Origin: Daphnia carinata
Taxonomy: Eukaryota
NCBI RefSeq assembly: GCF_022539665.2
Contig: NC_081331.1
Location: forward strand, 10,292,001 to 10,356,000
Length of the DNA stretch: 64,000 bases
Direction of reading: 5' to 3'
Shown here: positions 36,099-51,343 of the stretch, piece after piece
Numbering within the stretch: position 1 is the stretch's first letter
Layout: the number at the start of each line of letters is the position of its first letter
Position numbers and translations under genes: made by a program
Notes under the pieces: generated by a model
Databases searched by the model: none
What the model saw: only the letters and a program-made list of their open reading frames with translations
Told to the model about the DNA's origin: nothing

Positions 36099-39000
36099 GT
36101 AAGTGACGATCGTAATAATAATAACCGTACGAAAGGTGTTGGGCTATTCTCAAGGTGCGCAGTTTGCCGCGTTCATAGCCAACCGATTTGCGCGTGCAAC
36201 AAACACAAATGAAAAACCAGGAAATGATGGAAGGTTTTCTTATTTTTTTTTTTTTTTTTTTTTGTACTGCGATTATTTTTTTTTATTATCCCCTGCGCAA
36301 CTCTTTGCCTGGGATTCCTTCGACGCAATCACGCTCTTTCATAGTTGTGTGCAAGTATGCAGTCGGCAATGTTTTTTTTTCCCGAAATATAAAGGTATGA
36401 GGACGGGACTCTCACGTGAGCGTGCGTGATCGTCAGGGTCGAGCGTGAATTGAGCCACCACAAGGTCATCCCATGGTTGTTGTTTTTTTTTTTTCCTCGC
36501 TATAACAGTACGCAGTATTTCATTTGATACAATGAAGCTGTACTTTTAGCGAAACAACGCGTCGTGACGCAAAGCGTGCGCGCGGGATATGACGATGCAG
36601 AGCGGCGATGATGAGGTGAAACGTATGCGGAGCTCTCCTTTTTATATTGAAGTGCGGGATCTATGTATAGGACATAGAGGAGTACCTATGCAAGTCTCTT
36701 TCACGTCTTACTCTTTTTTTCTGTGTAATTCTCGAAATGACGGCGGTAGTAGCAAAGATGATGATGAGGTTGAAAATGCTAGTCTTCCAAGGACTCGAGG
36801 CAAAAAAAAAAAAAAAGAAAATAACTCAAAAAGAAGAATGCTTATCTCTTTTTCTTTTTTTGTGCCGAGGATTTTTTTTTTTTAAATTTACGTTTCGTAT
36901 GCAGACGCGCGGTAATTTGTTGGCAACATTAACCTGCTCGCGATAATCAGTGCATGCCAAAAAACTCGTTGAAATGCCATTTTCTTTTTTCCGCTACCGT
37001 CACGTCGGTGATGACGTTGGGCGTGCGACGTGCTATACTGCGCCAGAGAGGACCCTGGCAGCTCGCAGGAAATCATCAGTCTCCGTCAAAGGAAGAGAAA
37101 GCGGTGCCAGATTTGGGAGGGAGAAAAATAACAATAATAACGCAACAAACAAAAAAAAAGTCAGTGAGATGATTCCAAAGGTTTTCGTGTCATTAGGCGT
37201 CATTTACACGGTAAAAGAGGCACGTCAACATAAAAACCGAGGATTTCGAACTAAACACCGTAAATGTCTCGTCAATTCGGCATTGATTGCTGGATACGTA
37301 TTAGCGCTAAAAAAGAACTCGTTTTCTTCTTGTTTTTTTTTTTTTTTTTTTTTTTTGCGTTTGTTGTTGTTTTTATTATACATTGTCATTGACCCGATAT
37401 GGTGGCCACTGTTTAAGGCATGATGTTATGGATGTGGGACAGAGGTAAAAGTGAAGAGAGAACAGAACACGATTCGATTTAAAACACAGAGGTACAAACG
37501 CGTTACCGATACCACTATGTAATATGGGAAAACACCTTTTCGACACGCGTTCAGTAAAAACAAGCAGTGACAAGGCAATAAAGGAACGCAATCAACCGGT
37601 GATCGAGAACGTAAAAAAAAAAATAACTCGATTTTTTTTTTATATTCGTGAGTTAGTTACATGTAAAACGTAATCTCTCTAGCTATAGAGAAATGATTAT
37701 TTTTTTTCCCCCTCTTGATGATGTAAAAGAAAAAGGTCTATCTAATTGATGGGTTTTGTTGGGTAGTGAGGTGGGCTGAACGGTAGGGAGAATGATTTCT
37801 TCGGGAAAGCAGGGCGCCTCCCGACCGATGCCAATGGCTATAACCTCTGAGCTCTCGGCGTGTGTGGGTATGACCTTCTTTTTCTTCTCGTGAAATCACG
37901 CAAGGCCGTGTCGATTTGTTATTTCTCTCTTTTGCCTTCATAACAAACAATCGTTAAAAGATTAAATACGGGTGGGAGAGCAGAGGGGGGAAAACAAAAC
38001 AAAAAACATGGAGGAAACAAAAGTTCAATAAATCGAGAGAGATCCTCTTGACAGGTAATCGTGCGTCCGCTATGGCCCGTTGCTTCACACGCACCCGCAT
38101 TTCATTGTGAATCCAAACGGAGGGGGAATGTAATTATAACAAAAAACAAACGAACGATGCGCTCAGCTATAAATTCACGGTGATAAACAATAACATTTGA
38201 TGCATCGATGGGGATGTCGAGTTGATAATGTTATTCGGTCTACGTTACTGCCCCTCCATCTGTTTATACATTTGTATAACTAAAGGGTTATTAAAAGTCA
38301 TCTAGAGTTACTCTCACTTTGACTTTGTTTTGTTTCGTTTTAAACAAATTTCATTTTGAAAAAAAAAAAAAAGGAATTAGCCTTTTTTTTTTGTTTTGGA
38401 AGGGAAATAAAAACCACAGTACTCTGTTGCTGGATATCGGGTTACTCGGAGAGAAGACTTGCGTGACTCTTACAATCCAGCATCTCCCTCCTGCCTCCCC
38501 ATGAAAACGAGAAAATGTCTGTTTGTGAGCTTGAGAGAAAAAAAGGCATTTTTTTACGTGGTCACGGACCTAACATAAGAAAATAATCGATTGTTATTGA
38601 TGGACATCGAAAAATAAAAAACAGGGTCTATCGATGAGCTCATCTTCTTCCACCTCTCAAAATTTTTTTCCTTGTTACACTGGCCTTGTTTAGCTTTGGT
38701 ATAGAGATGGGGGGCTTGAAATGTGACAGATTGACGGGTTATCCATTTGATGTTGGCCAGACGCCACCAATCGAGGGCCCAATCCACAAAAGATTGTGAT
38801 CCCGGGGAGAGAGGAGAACGCGGCCGAATGTTTTCAAGAAGCTTGCCCGTCAACGATCTGAAGTGGTTTGATGGACGCGTCATTGAATTCAAGTGATGTC
38901 GGGACAAGAAATTGCGTCTTGATTTTTTGATGACCTTGCCTCTCGTTATTGCTGTCTATTTGACTCTTCCTCAATGCTGTGCTTTTTTCCAACTTGATTT

Positions 39001-42000
39001 TTCTATTTTTTTTTTTTTTTTTTTGCTGAGGAATCTGACAGGAGGAATTGCGTGAGCGGGCAAATGAAAATGGATGGGTTCAGTAAACTAATTCTTTATT
39101 TTCCCACTTTTTTTTTTTTTTTGTTAAATTTTGGCAAAAGAATGGGTTGTAAAAAATTGCGAACGCGACAGATTTTAATGAAACACAATTGACGTTAAGT
39201 AGGGAGAAAAAAAAGAGAATGGGAATAGAGCCTCGAGTTGTCAGAATTGCGGTTTTCTATTTAAAGACGGGTGGACCCAAACAGTGTGCTCGTGTGAACC
39301 CATCGAACTGGGAAAACACATTTCCCGTGGTTGTTGCTGTTTTTTTTTCAGCAGAAAACCAAGAGAATGGCACGTTCTGCGATACATTTTTTGTTTTTGT
39401 TTTTCCTTTTCTCATTTGGGTTTTTTCTTTATTTTTCTTCGAATTTATCTCAACAGCCATTTAAATGGGTAGAATGAAAACTGTTTACCCACGAACGTTG
39501 GACGTCCAGGGAGCAAAGTTCATTGATCGGTTTTTATCGCATAGCTAATCGATTAGAGTCGCATCGATGACGACAACTGATCACGAATGATAGTCGTGCG
39601 TGAAAGTGTAATGCCCATCGGGCGTGAATCGTATATATCTACCCTGTTATTCACGGCCAGTGGCCCCTTTTTTCTTTTTTTATTGGTTATCAAGCCATTG
39701 CAAACACAGCGGGACCACCTTGTACTATCGCCGTCGTTCGTTTCACGATTGTGGTGACGTCGGGTTACCTTTTTATTTCCACACGCGGACTTTTTCTGAA
39801 AAAATTTCCTTTTCTTTATTTGTTTCATTACAACAAATCAAGGTTCGCCTTGTTGTTGTTTCATTTGCTATTTTTCTGAAATCTCGGACGCTCGAATGTA
39901 GCGATAATAATGATGTTTTGAGAGCGTTGAAAGTATGTCGGGTCGTGATGTTGAAGCAAAATCGCGGCGTGAATCAACACGATGCGCTTTATATGTGAGG
40001 CCAAATGAACGCCCTGCATCGTTAAGAATTGGCAATTAAGACGAAAGAGATAGCGAGCCTCATCATCTCGGTAGTTTTTTCTTTCGGTGGGGATCTGGTC
40101 CGCTTGTTGCCATAACGGTTTTATTACGTGATGAAGAAACATCCGTCTGCGCTATCTTCATTTGACCTTTTTCCCTTCTTGTGTACTCGTTTGCGGTTCA
40201 CTTTTGAAATTACATCCAAATTTATTTTTAATAATATTACAACATTTTTTTTTTATGTTGCGTGTGTGCAATTTTTTTTTTTTTCTTCTTCCCCACTTTC
40301 CCTGGACTCGAAAGAAGAAAAAAAAAAGGTCCTTGGCGGTAGAAACTTTAAAAGTGTAATGTTGACATTGCCGTAAAACGATACGGAGACGCTCCTTCTT
40401 TTGCCCCGCCATCTATATCTTTTTTTTTTTTTTTTTCTTGAACAAATATGTGAACGAAAAAGACGAAAGTTTCGGTACATACTGTTAGACGTAGGCACAC
40501 ACACACACACAGACGTTCATCCAAATGTATATATATATATATTTATGAACGGATACTGTGTTTGAAAGATACGACGTATAGTGTTGCTCCGGGAAAAAAA
40601 AGAAGAGCCTTTGAGTGTGTTATTGTGTTCCAAACCAAAAAAAGAGGAGACTAAAAATAGAGACGACTGCGATCAACGGGTGATGAATGACACCTTTCGC
40701 ACCTTTCTGAAAGGGGAGGGTGGGAAGCTCACGGTGATATTTTTTTTTTTTTTTTCTTTCTCTTCTCTCTTTAAATAGGAAGAAACTCGCACGACTATGT
40801 TTTCTCACACACACACACACACACACTGTTTCTTCTTATTGCTGGTCGTTTTTATTTGAACAGACAGCAGTCAAAGAGCTCGGCGTTGTCTGTCTGGAAT
40901 CGATGGCACCGGAATTTCTTTTTTTTTTTTTTTTTTTTTTCTTTGTTGATTCATTCAACTCCCGCGCGTTCGTTCGACATGCCCTGATGCCACCAAGTGG
41001 TTCTACTATTTTATAAATGGCCTGGAGTTGGAAAAAAGAAACATTTTTTTTTTTTTTTTTAAGTTTTTGATTGATCGACAGACCCATAAATCTTTTTCTT
41101 CTATTTACAAAGCACACGCCCCTCGTACGATTTCCCTCGGAAACGAGAAGATAGTAGCCCATGTCGCGCGGGATTTATTCAAATGAACTGGTTGAAGAGG
41201 TTCGGGAAAAAAAAATAGAGTCCAAAGAGCCCATCAGAAATGAAAATAAAAAAAGTGGATGGGTCAGAAGAAGAAGAATGACTGTGTCGGAAAAGAGAAG
41301 TGTCGTCTCTTCACTTCTCCTCCTCTCGTTTTTCCTATTTACGTGTGTATACCTACGGGAAGGGAAAAAAAAGAGGAAGAGGCCGCCGCGACGTTAGCCT
41401 ACCCACGCCCTCAAAATGACCTGCATTTTTCTAAATAGCCCCTCTTTTTTTTTCTTTTTTTTTTTTAAATATGTGAGGACCCCTTCTTGATGTGTGTTGC
41501 CTCTAGTGGCTAAATTCAGTATTACATCGGGAGGAAAAAAAAAACTGATGAAATGATTGGATTTAGATTTTTTTCTTCTCTTCTCAGAGATAAGGCCCAG
41601 CCACTCGAATCAGATGTAATAATGGGATCGCCATTAGTCGACCCCTTGTCGAGTGTAGAATCCTCTCAAGACGTACAGCATTCATGTTCTCTCCCTCTAC
41701 TCCTTCACTATCGTAAGAGTTAAGTGTCTTGCATTAAAAAAAAGATGAAAATAAAAAATAGGCTCCCCTCACTTCTAAAAGAGCGGGTATTCTTTTATTT
41801 TTTATTTTTACCTCTGTCTGCTTATTCCATTTATATAGTCTAATAAAAAAAATAGAAGATTCCTTGTCCTCCCCCTCGTTCGCTACATTTTTTTTTTTAC
41901 GATGTCGTACGTTTCTTATATAATAGAGACAACACACAGAAACAAAATGTTCCATGTCCCCCGAAATGCTCTGGTTGCCATCCATCTTATTTTTTTTTTT

Positions 42001-45000
42001 TTTTTTTTTTTTGGCTAGCATTTCTTTTTGTCGACATTCATGTGTTTTCTGTGTGTGTGTGTGTCTCTCTTTTTTTAAGTCGATCTATTCCAGGCTGACC
42101 TTCTTCCAATTTTTTTGTGACTTTCCTGCCGATAACCATCAACACAGACAGGACTAAACGAAAAATACTTTCTTTGTTTTTTCGTGTATTCGCTGTATTT
42201 TTTTTTGTTTTCACAAGAATGCAACTCGAATGCCACTGCTAACTTTACTGATTTTATTAGACCCTCGAAGCCGCGCCTTTTAAATATATTTTTTTTTTTT
42301 CAAAAAGATAACCATCGACTGGGAAAAAAAAAACCTGTAGCGCTGTGAGAGATGATTCGCACTTCGTCATTCTCCGATAGAATCGTGAGGGAATGAATAA
42401 TGATTCCCTCTCTAGAGAAAGAAAATCTCCATCTTTAATCTCCATCTTGTTTGTTTTGTTTAAGCTGTTGCTGCAGTCATACATCATGGCAGCAGTATTT
42501 TTATTTATACATGATTTATTTTTTCGATATCGATTGATCATATACCCCGTTTTGTTTGGTGTGGTCCTCTTTACTCGCACGACTTGGCCTGTTCCGGTCG
42601 GACAGATTTTTGTTTTGTTTTGTTCTCTAGACGCGGATGAAAACGTTGTAGAAGTCATTTTTGGTTCGACCGGTGTTAGTTCAGTCTATAATCTCGTGCC
42701 ACGCTTCTTTTTAAAACCCATCGCTTTTTCTTTTCCTCGAGAGAAAGGATACGATAATAAAAGACCCAGTGGTTGGTTTTTTTTAGGCTATTATAACAAA
42801 GTCGCCTTTTTTTTTTATTTAAAAAAAAACCTAACCTAACCTTGCCAGGCCTTCCTATTATACCTTTCTTTTGAGTCCATTCAGCCCAGGTTTTCTTTTC
42901 GAAAAAACTGCTAGCGGCCGGCAGATGTTGTATACGTGTGACGTCCAGGTTCTATTTTCACTAAGGGCTGGTGTCAATACGTCCACGGCGAAGCGATAAA
43001 GAAAGAGAAGAATAGGGAGACAAAAGAAGAGAACTCAATTTCAAAGATGTCAAACTTCCCCTTTTTCCTTTTTTTTTTTTTTTTTTGAAATTTGGCGCTC
43101 GGTTTTTATTTTTGTTCGGTTTCAAACATTCTTTGCCGTTCACCCCTCTTTTGACTCGCGCTCTCTTTCACAAGGTTTTAACGTAACGCTGCACGCTACA
43201 AGGATAACGTCTAACAAAGTTTGCCTTGTGTAACTAACTTGACGATTGGTTGGTCATCGTGGAATGTTTCACCGTCACCGCTCAGTTCCCTCTCGCACCG
43301 ATTGTTCGGTCAACACACGACCAAGCGAAGAAGGGGATCGTTATCGGCCTTCTTTTTTCGTGCCTTCCCTCTCTCTCTCTCTCTCTCTACTTCTATGAGA
43401 ACTGAGAATTAATGATGATTCCTGACATTCTTTTTTTTTTCCCCTGCTCGTTATCAGTTCCCAGGCCGTTTGATCAGTATCGCATTTGGTGGTCATTCGA
43501 ATGTGCTGACCAACCAATAAACTGTCATCATTTCTCCTCGTGTGTTTCCGTCAGAATTTTTCTTGTTTGAAAAAAGAAATTATAGTTTGTCTCTCTCTCG
43601 CCCTTAAAAGAAGACCCTTTTCATTGGCAATGAAGTCGTACAACATTTTCCAGTCAATTGTAACTGCGCCCGTGCCCCACGACCGAACCCGAACCAATTA
43701 TACGAATTTCCCATTATTGTTGTTTGCTAGCTGCTTCCTTTCCATTCTCCCCCTCCTGCTCGTTTCCTCGCATCTGTTCGACCTTTTTTTTTTCGAGTTT
43801 AGGTTTTTTTTTTATTATTATTCTTTTCATTATCGTGTACAGCTGACCGGATACGAACGATTAATTTGTCTGCCCTCCGAGTTGTCGTCGTTTTACAGAT
43901 GAAATGCCGATTTCTATCTGTGTTTAAATAGATCCCTTTCTATTGAATGTTTTTTAAATGAATGATGCTCAAGTAGAGAGGGGGATCTGAAAAAGACAGT
44001 TGAATGCATTTCTCTCGCGTGCTACGCATTAAAAAAAAAATGGTCACGATCCTTTTAAAAGTTTTATTTAAAATGTTTTTTTTTTCTAAATGATTTGGAT
44101 TGTTTCATTCTTGGAAACGCTGATCTTCCTCCCGACAGGATTTGCGGGTCGTCTGAAATGCGCGCACATTTTGCCGCTTGATGATATTCGAGATTGCCAT
44201 TAAATCGTGCTTTGTGCTCTTTCATATAAAGGATGTTGAATGTCTCATTCCGCCTTCTATTTTTAAATGACAATACCATTTTAAATTCAATTTTACGTTT
44301 GACTTTTCTTTTTCTTGGGACTGTCAGTTTCCTGCTGACGCAACAAGTTCCTTCGGCTACATACGCTGCAAAATATTTGCGGCGTTCAATTAAAGATCGA
44401 ACCCAAGGTCGACAGCCCTTCCCGCAAAAGAAACTGGTCTTTTGCGGATTAAAATAAAAACGACATGATTTATGGCATAAATGTCCATGATTCCATTTCG
44501 GTTCTTAGACAACAGGATATAACTTCGTCTATATAAACTCGTTGAAGTTTCTGGCTTCTGACATTTCTTTTTTTTTCTTTCAACACAAAATGTGGAACGT
44601 ACCCGTAAGAAGAGATTGTCAAAGCTAACAAGTCGTTTCAATGTCTTTTCTGCCTCCAACTTGTGCCATTGAAATGCGTGAGCTGCCGATACGCGCAGTG
44701 AGTTTCTAGTTACGCTTACCGAATTCGGTTTCATTTGGCCAACCGGTTCCTTTTTTTTTTCGCTCTCTATCTCTGCTGCTATTTCGAGACGATTGTCTTT
44801 TTTTTTTTTTTTTTTTTTTTTGTTTAAATTCGCTTTTGTTATATTTTATCTGCTGGTTTTTTTTATTTCCCCCTTTTTCTTACGCGATATGTGGGCAGGT
44901 TACAGGGTTTTTTCATTTTTCATTGTCTTTTTTTTAGCTGTCACTGTTTGTCGAGTGTTAACTAAAACAGAAATTGGTTGAACAATACCGGAGGAAAAAA

Positions 45001-48000
45001 AAAAAGAGGGAAGATAGACGAGAGTCAATCAAGGAAAGAACGCGTGTCAATCGGTGATTTGCGTGTTTTGGCCGCACGCGCGTCCGCTTCCTCACACGCA
45101 GCGGGATTCTTGTCTATACCTACGTCTATCTACACGTGTGTGTCGCTTGAAAATGTATTTCTTTTTTCTTAGAAAGGAATTTCGAAACGAACATCAATTC
45201 AATCTTGAAAATGTAATAATCCCCATATTGTGGCATTTTAAATCGAAACATCCTCTTCTTTTTTTTTTCTTTCGGACATTCCGATGACACCTCGGCCTGG
45301 TAAAGAAAAAAAGAAAATACATTTCGTATGGCAGTCACGAGTCCGGCTATCTGTTACCTGTCGGTAGACTGCCATAGCTGTATTTTTCTTTTCCCTTTTT
45401 TTTTTTTTTTTTAGCGAACAAAACATTTTTTTTATGGCTCTATTATTTTATGCTGGCGCTATAAATGTAAGAAGCTACCAGACAGGCGGCTCGCAATAGA
45501 TTGTTTCTATCGGACATTTTTTTCTTTCAAATATTAAAAATCTATTTTGCCTTTTTTGTGTGTGCGGATGGAGGTGTTGTGTGACATGTAACGTTAAAAA
45601 ATAAAGAATATGGGACTCTTTGGGTGGTATAGAAATGAAAGAGCGCGAAAAAAAATATATATATATTTTTCAATGGCCACAATCAACCGCGTCGAATGTG
45701 TCCGCCAGTCGTTAATGAGCGCAAACAAACGCGGGCGGTGAAAGCCATCCTCTTTCACCCCCTCCATCTTTTTCTCAGTTTTGGTCAAAATCTTTCTAGA
45801 AAACATCGGAAACTGTGGGCCCAGCTTGGTAAGAGACACAAAAATTGGGGTGGGTGGGGGGGGGGGATAAGCTCTTAGGGAAGGCCAATATGCGACGGGT
45901 CGGCGGCGTCCTCTGTTGTTTAGAGGATTTTTTTTTTTTTTGAGCTAAACAATTTCTAGTTATATATTCACCGCCAGGTAATAAAAAAACGAGAGAGCAA
46001 ATCTGTATATAGTCAGGTCTCCCCCTCGCGTATTCGCGTCCACTATACATTCCCCCCCCCCCCCCGCCCAATCTCCAACTGGCTTTGGAATTGAATAAAA
46101 ATACGTTTTTCATTCAAAAGGCACACACTATTTACATAATACTGTGTATATACGAAATTGTTTGAAAATTTAATGCCGTCACATCTCTTCGTTATATCGG
46201 GGGGGGGGGGGGCCCAACTGTCACCAGCCTCATCGCATATATCGCTCGATCGCATAACAAATAGTAAGAATAAAAACGAGGTCGTTTATTGTTTAGCCTT
46301 TGTGACGTATACGCTTTTTGACACGCGCAAACTGTTTTTCGATTGAATAATAAAATACGGCCACGGGTTAATCCGCAATGCGATCCATCTCGTTCTTTCT
46401 TTTTTTTTTTTTTCGCTATAGAAAGTCAATTATTCCGGGTCTCGGCTTTATCTTGTTCTATTTTTGTTCTTTTGTTGTTCCTTGTCAGCTGGCTCTTTCT
46501 TTTTTTTTTTTTTTTTTGTTATTCCGTCCTTTGTAATGTTGGCCACCCCATCGCGATGAAAACGAGCAGACACTTGATTTATTATTGCAGGCTTTCGCTA
46601 AATCTCTATTGTGTGTTAGGTCACGTCCACCTTTACCGCCATTCGTCTTGTTTTCCCTATCTCTTTTTTTTTCGCCCCTCTGTCATTTCAAATTCCCTCA
46701 CTTCATTTCATGACTTCGTAATGAGATGAAACAAGAAAATTCCTTTTTCCAACACGCATATCATCTTGTTTGGTATTTCTTTTAAAGCTCAAAGAGGCGG
46801 CAAAAAAAAAAAGGCAAGTGGGTGGAGGGTAACAAGCAATTGATTTTTCTGTGTGTGTGTGTCGCACGCAGTCGACTGTCGAGTGAGAAAGTGGGCAGCT
46901 TCAAAAAAAAAAAAAAGAGCTGGGAGAAATGTTGGCCTTTTCATTTAGTGTGTGTGGGTACGTGTTTGCGGTGATGTCTTTTGAGTAGTGCGACTACGAA
47001 GAAGGTGCCGTTTGTCGGACATCCCCTCGGCAGTTGTTGTTGACAGTTGACACATGTGCTCGTTAAGGACCCAAAGAGCGCGAGAAAAAGGAGCAAAAAG
47101 AAGACCTAAACAAGGTCCGAGTACCGTAATACATCCAGTCAAACCAAACCGAAAAATAAAGAGATGGGGGGGGGGGGGGGAGCGTGTTTTATTTTTCCAG
47201 GCCGACTTATAAGGCGGCAGGGTTGAAGGAGAAATAGCAGTCCCTACACCCTGATGAGACGGTCCGTCCTCCTCCCCCCTTCGTTCCTCTTCTTTGCTCC
47301 TTAAAAGAGAGAAGGGGGGGAGATTTTCTTTTCCGACAAGAAGAATTAGAAAGACGTCAAAAGAAGAAGCTCTAGCCCAACTACTATTTACTTGTACGGC
47401 CGACAATCGGTAGCCTCTCCGCAGCCGACAGGCCGCAGGGTTTGTAGGCAAAGCAACTGAACTGTCAAAAAAAAAAAAAGAGCCAAAATGGAAGGTGGAG
47501 GAGAGCACGTGTGCCGATTGTCAGCTGTCACACAGCCGTACAGAATAAATGAAACGAAGGGCCAGTACGGGATATACGGGCGCGTGCCCCCTCTTCTTCT
47601 CCCCTCTGTCGGCTACGTATTCCAACCAGTGCGGATGTAGGTTCCATCCTTCTTTTTCTCTCGACGTTCCGTCGGAAAAAAAAAAAATCCGACCGGAATG
47701 TTCACTCAGCAGTAGCAGAAAAAAAAAAAGGCACACGGGGGGTAATTCCCGTCGTTTCCGGTGTGGCACTCTCGTTAGCTATTTCCTCTCTCTTTACTGT
47801 CCATCAGCTCCTCTTGATTAAAACAGTCATACATCACCCCGAGAAACTGATTCGTTTTCACTATCTATATTTCCTTGTCAATCACAGATGTCACGATCAG
47901 TCAAAGAAATGCATTCACTAAAGCAGGAAAAAAAAAAGGGGGAGAAATGAACGTTGGTTTCTATGCAATAAATTATTCTTTACTATTCAAGGGTGGGTCA

Positions 48001-50460
48001 TGGAAGATTCACGCAGTGTCATTGCCTATGCAAGCAGATACTATATATTCAATTGAGCTGCGAAAGGCTTTTTTTTTTTCTATATGTACATTATTTTTTG
48101 GTTCTCCCAGTGTCGTTGGTCAAACATAGCACACCTGTATTGACTGGCTTGAAGTTCCGGGTTTATATTATCAGTTGGACCTCCCGTCTGCGCCGATCCT
48201 AGGCAATATAGAATCGGCCAGTTTGTTGGAAATATCCGATAGTTGTTGTTGGCGGTTCGTTTGTAAGAGTTTTAAAATCTAAAAGGGAAAAAAGGTAGAC
48301 GATCGTGATTGCGAAGTCGCCGCCATTTGTCGCAGACGGGACATCCATTTCCGTTTTATTTTTGTAAACACGCTATTGTTGTTTTTACTTTACGCTAAAA
48401 GTCCGTGTTTGTTTGTTGGTCGGCGCCGAGGTTTCTGACACTACGTTGCAGAGTCAGTGGCTAGATGGCATTGGCTGTTGGACTAAAGCGAAAAACAATC
48501 AATTTTACGAAGGTAATAACCCGTGTAATCTAATAACAATAAAAAAAGAGAATATATTTACGTAAGAATGTTTTTTCCCCCTAAGGGCAGGAGATTTATT
48601 TTCAGTCGTATAATCTCGAACGAGTTTCAATTTGAGACAACAAAAAAGAAAAAAAAAAAAAAAAAAAAAGAACAAGACGGCCCTCAATTCATAAAGATTA
48701 GGAATTATGAATGGACCGAAGCTGTAAAACGGAATTACATTCGAAACATATCTAGCGTGCCTTTTATCTCCCGCCTTTTTTCAGCTTTATTTTTTTTTTT
48801 TTTCTCATTTTTTTTTTCCTACCCGATTAAACTTATATAGAGACGCTTGAAAGACACCAGCTGATTATAACCAAGTAAGATTTTGAAAAAAATAAAGGGG
48901 TTGTTTAGCTCTTTCTTTTTTTTTTTTTTTTTTTTTTACTGCATTCCCAACATCCTCCAGATGTAAACGACACGCGTGCCGCTATCTTATTTCTTTTGCC
49001 TCTCAATAAACTCCTCTGGAAAAAACAAAAAAAAAACAAAAACACTGCACCCCCTCCCAAAGAAAAATAATCATCGTCAAAAAATATATTAATTATAATA
49101 TTCTCCCTTTTTTTTTTTGTTGATCGTGTATCTTTCGGATATTCCATCAAACTCCAGCGGACTCTTCCGTCATCGAAATTTTTTGATTGTTTTCGTTTTT
49201 TTTTTTTTTTTTTTTTTTTCGTCGATCGGAAAAGGGTTGTTTATACAAACTAACGGTATACACCCGATATGTCTGTTTAGGCCCAGCAAGCATATTAGCT
49301 CGATTATGCAGCAAACGATTTCAAAGCCATCCGTCTGTCGCGCTGCGGTGTTGCCGAAGATTGCTGTTGCGGCATCCGGGGCAACAGCAATCGACCCCGT
49401 TGGGCCCTTTTTTTTTTCTTTTTTTCTTTTATCTAAAAAAACAAAACAAAAAAGAAATAATAATAATAAAATTTGAATACATATCTATTCAAATGAAGAT
49501 GGAGCAGAAGGCCGGCTGTGGCCGCGTGTTGGTTGGAGGTTTGAATCAGCGGGAAAGCTTTAATCGATTATGTCCAGCGGCACTACATTACTGTAGCGGG
49601 TTGTAACATTTTTTTGTTTTTTTTTTGTTTTCGTAAGACGAAACAAAAAAGAAATTGGAGAGTTAAGAAAATTTAAAAAAAAAAAAAAAAGGGGGACGAA
49701 AAAGAGGCGAAGGGAGACCAAAAGCAATTTGTATTTAGATTGAGACGGAGAGAAAAGTATGCGATACATAAATTGTAAGGCGAAAGGGAAATCTCTTTTT
49801 CCTTCGAACAGAAACGACTGGCCGTAGAGGACGGGCCACTCGAGAAGCTAATTCCTCTAGAGCCCCCAAGTTCTTCCATTTCTTTTTAAAATTTTAATCT
49901 CACATGTTTAGCACCAAGACGGTCACCTGGCGGTGCCGATGGGCAGCTATTTAGATTTCAAGCTGGACACCTTTCTTTTTTCTTCGCTTATATAAGGAAT
50001 ATCAAAAATAATTAACAAATCGGAAAGACGGACATTCCTGATCAAGTCCTATTTGGGGTTGATCAAACATCCGTATGTTGAGACACCAAAAAACGGGCCC
50101 ACCTTTTCCTTGTTCCATCTTCGATACATTTTTGTTTGCTTTTTTTTTTTTTTTTTTTTCTCTGCTGTTGAATCGATTTATTGATAAGATCGCACGCATC
50201 GCGTGCGTGAGCTCAACGCACGCACAGACACAGCACCATTTTTTTTTTATCACTTAACACCTGTCGCTCTTCAAACCGGAATATCCGGAAACATGCGCCT
50301 TGAAGTACGTCGAATCTCTAAAAATAGCGCACCTCTTCAAGAAAAACGATATAAAAAGAGACTGAATTGTTGTAGTTAATTTGTCATTGTTTGACGTTCC
50401 AAAATCTCAGCTAAAATTAGTCATTTCTTTTTTTTTTTTTTTTTTTTTATCAATTCACAG

Positions 50461-50572
50461 CCACCTGATGCCGAGCTGCTGGGTCACGCCTTCAAGCAGA
50501 AGCAGTTCCGTCGGTCGAGACCGTGCAACCTGTGCCACCAGCCCGTCAAGAACATCGGTAGCTCCTGCCGAG
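50461..50572 (+). CDS. Tns: Tensin C1 domain, exon a (PPDAELLGHAFKQKQFRRSRPCNLCHQPVKNIGSSCR)
   Basis: Acceptor ttcacag|, donor GAG|gtgagt (phase 0/1). H-x12-C-x2-C-x10-C start of a C1 zinc finger. This frame is not in the ORF track. Confidence 0.9.
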
Positions 50573-50813
50573 GTGAGTGTCTATATAAAAACCAACCACT
50601 CATCAACACCTACCTGTTTCGCCCTTTTTCCTCTTGTTCACCAGACGCCCTAATGTTGGATACGTGTAAGAAAGACACCATACCATATACACGTACATAA
50701 TCATTTTGGACCCACACACATAGTTGTCGATACACACACCCCGATTCCCGTTCCCGCTTTGCCTACTGATAATAATACTGAATTTTTATTTTCGTTTTTC
50801 TTCTCTTTTTCAG

Positions 50814-50851
50814 TATGCAAATACACCTGCCATAGGACGTGCGAACCCAAG
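50814..50851 (+). CDS. Tns: Tensin C1 domain, exon b, 38 nt (VCKYTCHRTCEPK)
   Basis: Long pyrimidine tract + cag|, donor AAG|gtaaac, phase 1/0. Supplies C-x4-H-x2-C. Confidence 0.9.
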
Positions 50852-50873
50852 GTAAACACAAAACGTTTGACAT

Positions 50874-50904
<31 letters not shown>

Positions 50905-51343
50905 GTATTCTTTCCAATTTTATTTTTTGGAATGAGCTAAAAGAAATTCAAAACACAAGAGCACACAAACAGAAAATGGAAACAAGTCAGTCATCTGTTT
51001 GAAAGTCTTGATGCCCACCTGTGGTTTACCTGAGGACCTGTATTCAACACCGCCTTGTCTTATTGATAGATGGTTCGTCCGTGCATGATTCATAGACTGC
51101 GACTTCCATTTTTTTTTTTTGTTTTCTCCGTTCTTGAATTTTTTTTTTTTAGAAACTTACAAACCACAAAACTAATTTCCATTTTTGTCCATCTTTTTTT
51201 GTTTTTTTTTTCCTTACATTTTTGTCCCTCCATGGAACTGTCTACCCCGAAACGACCGTTATCTTCAACCACATTCAACGGACGAACGAACGTTACCCTT
51301 CCTCCCCCCTACATTATTGACGTGCGTTCGTGTTGTCTTCCAG

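Noticed and set aside
38554..38907. 117-aa minus-strand ORF and 48-aa plus-strand ORF in a homopolymer-poor patch of the tensin intron
   Set aside because: No recognisable homology and no phase-compatible splice donor.
44519..44533. ATAACTTCGTCTATA resembling a loxP half-site
   Set aside because: Imperfect and has no second inverted arm; a chance match.
47251..47275. CTGATGA followed by a short stem, like a hammerhead ribozyme core
   Set aside because: No GAAA after stem II and no stems I/III. The other CTGATGA occurrences checked also fail.
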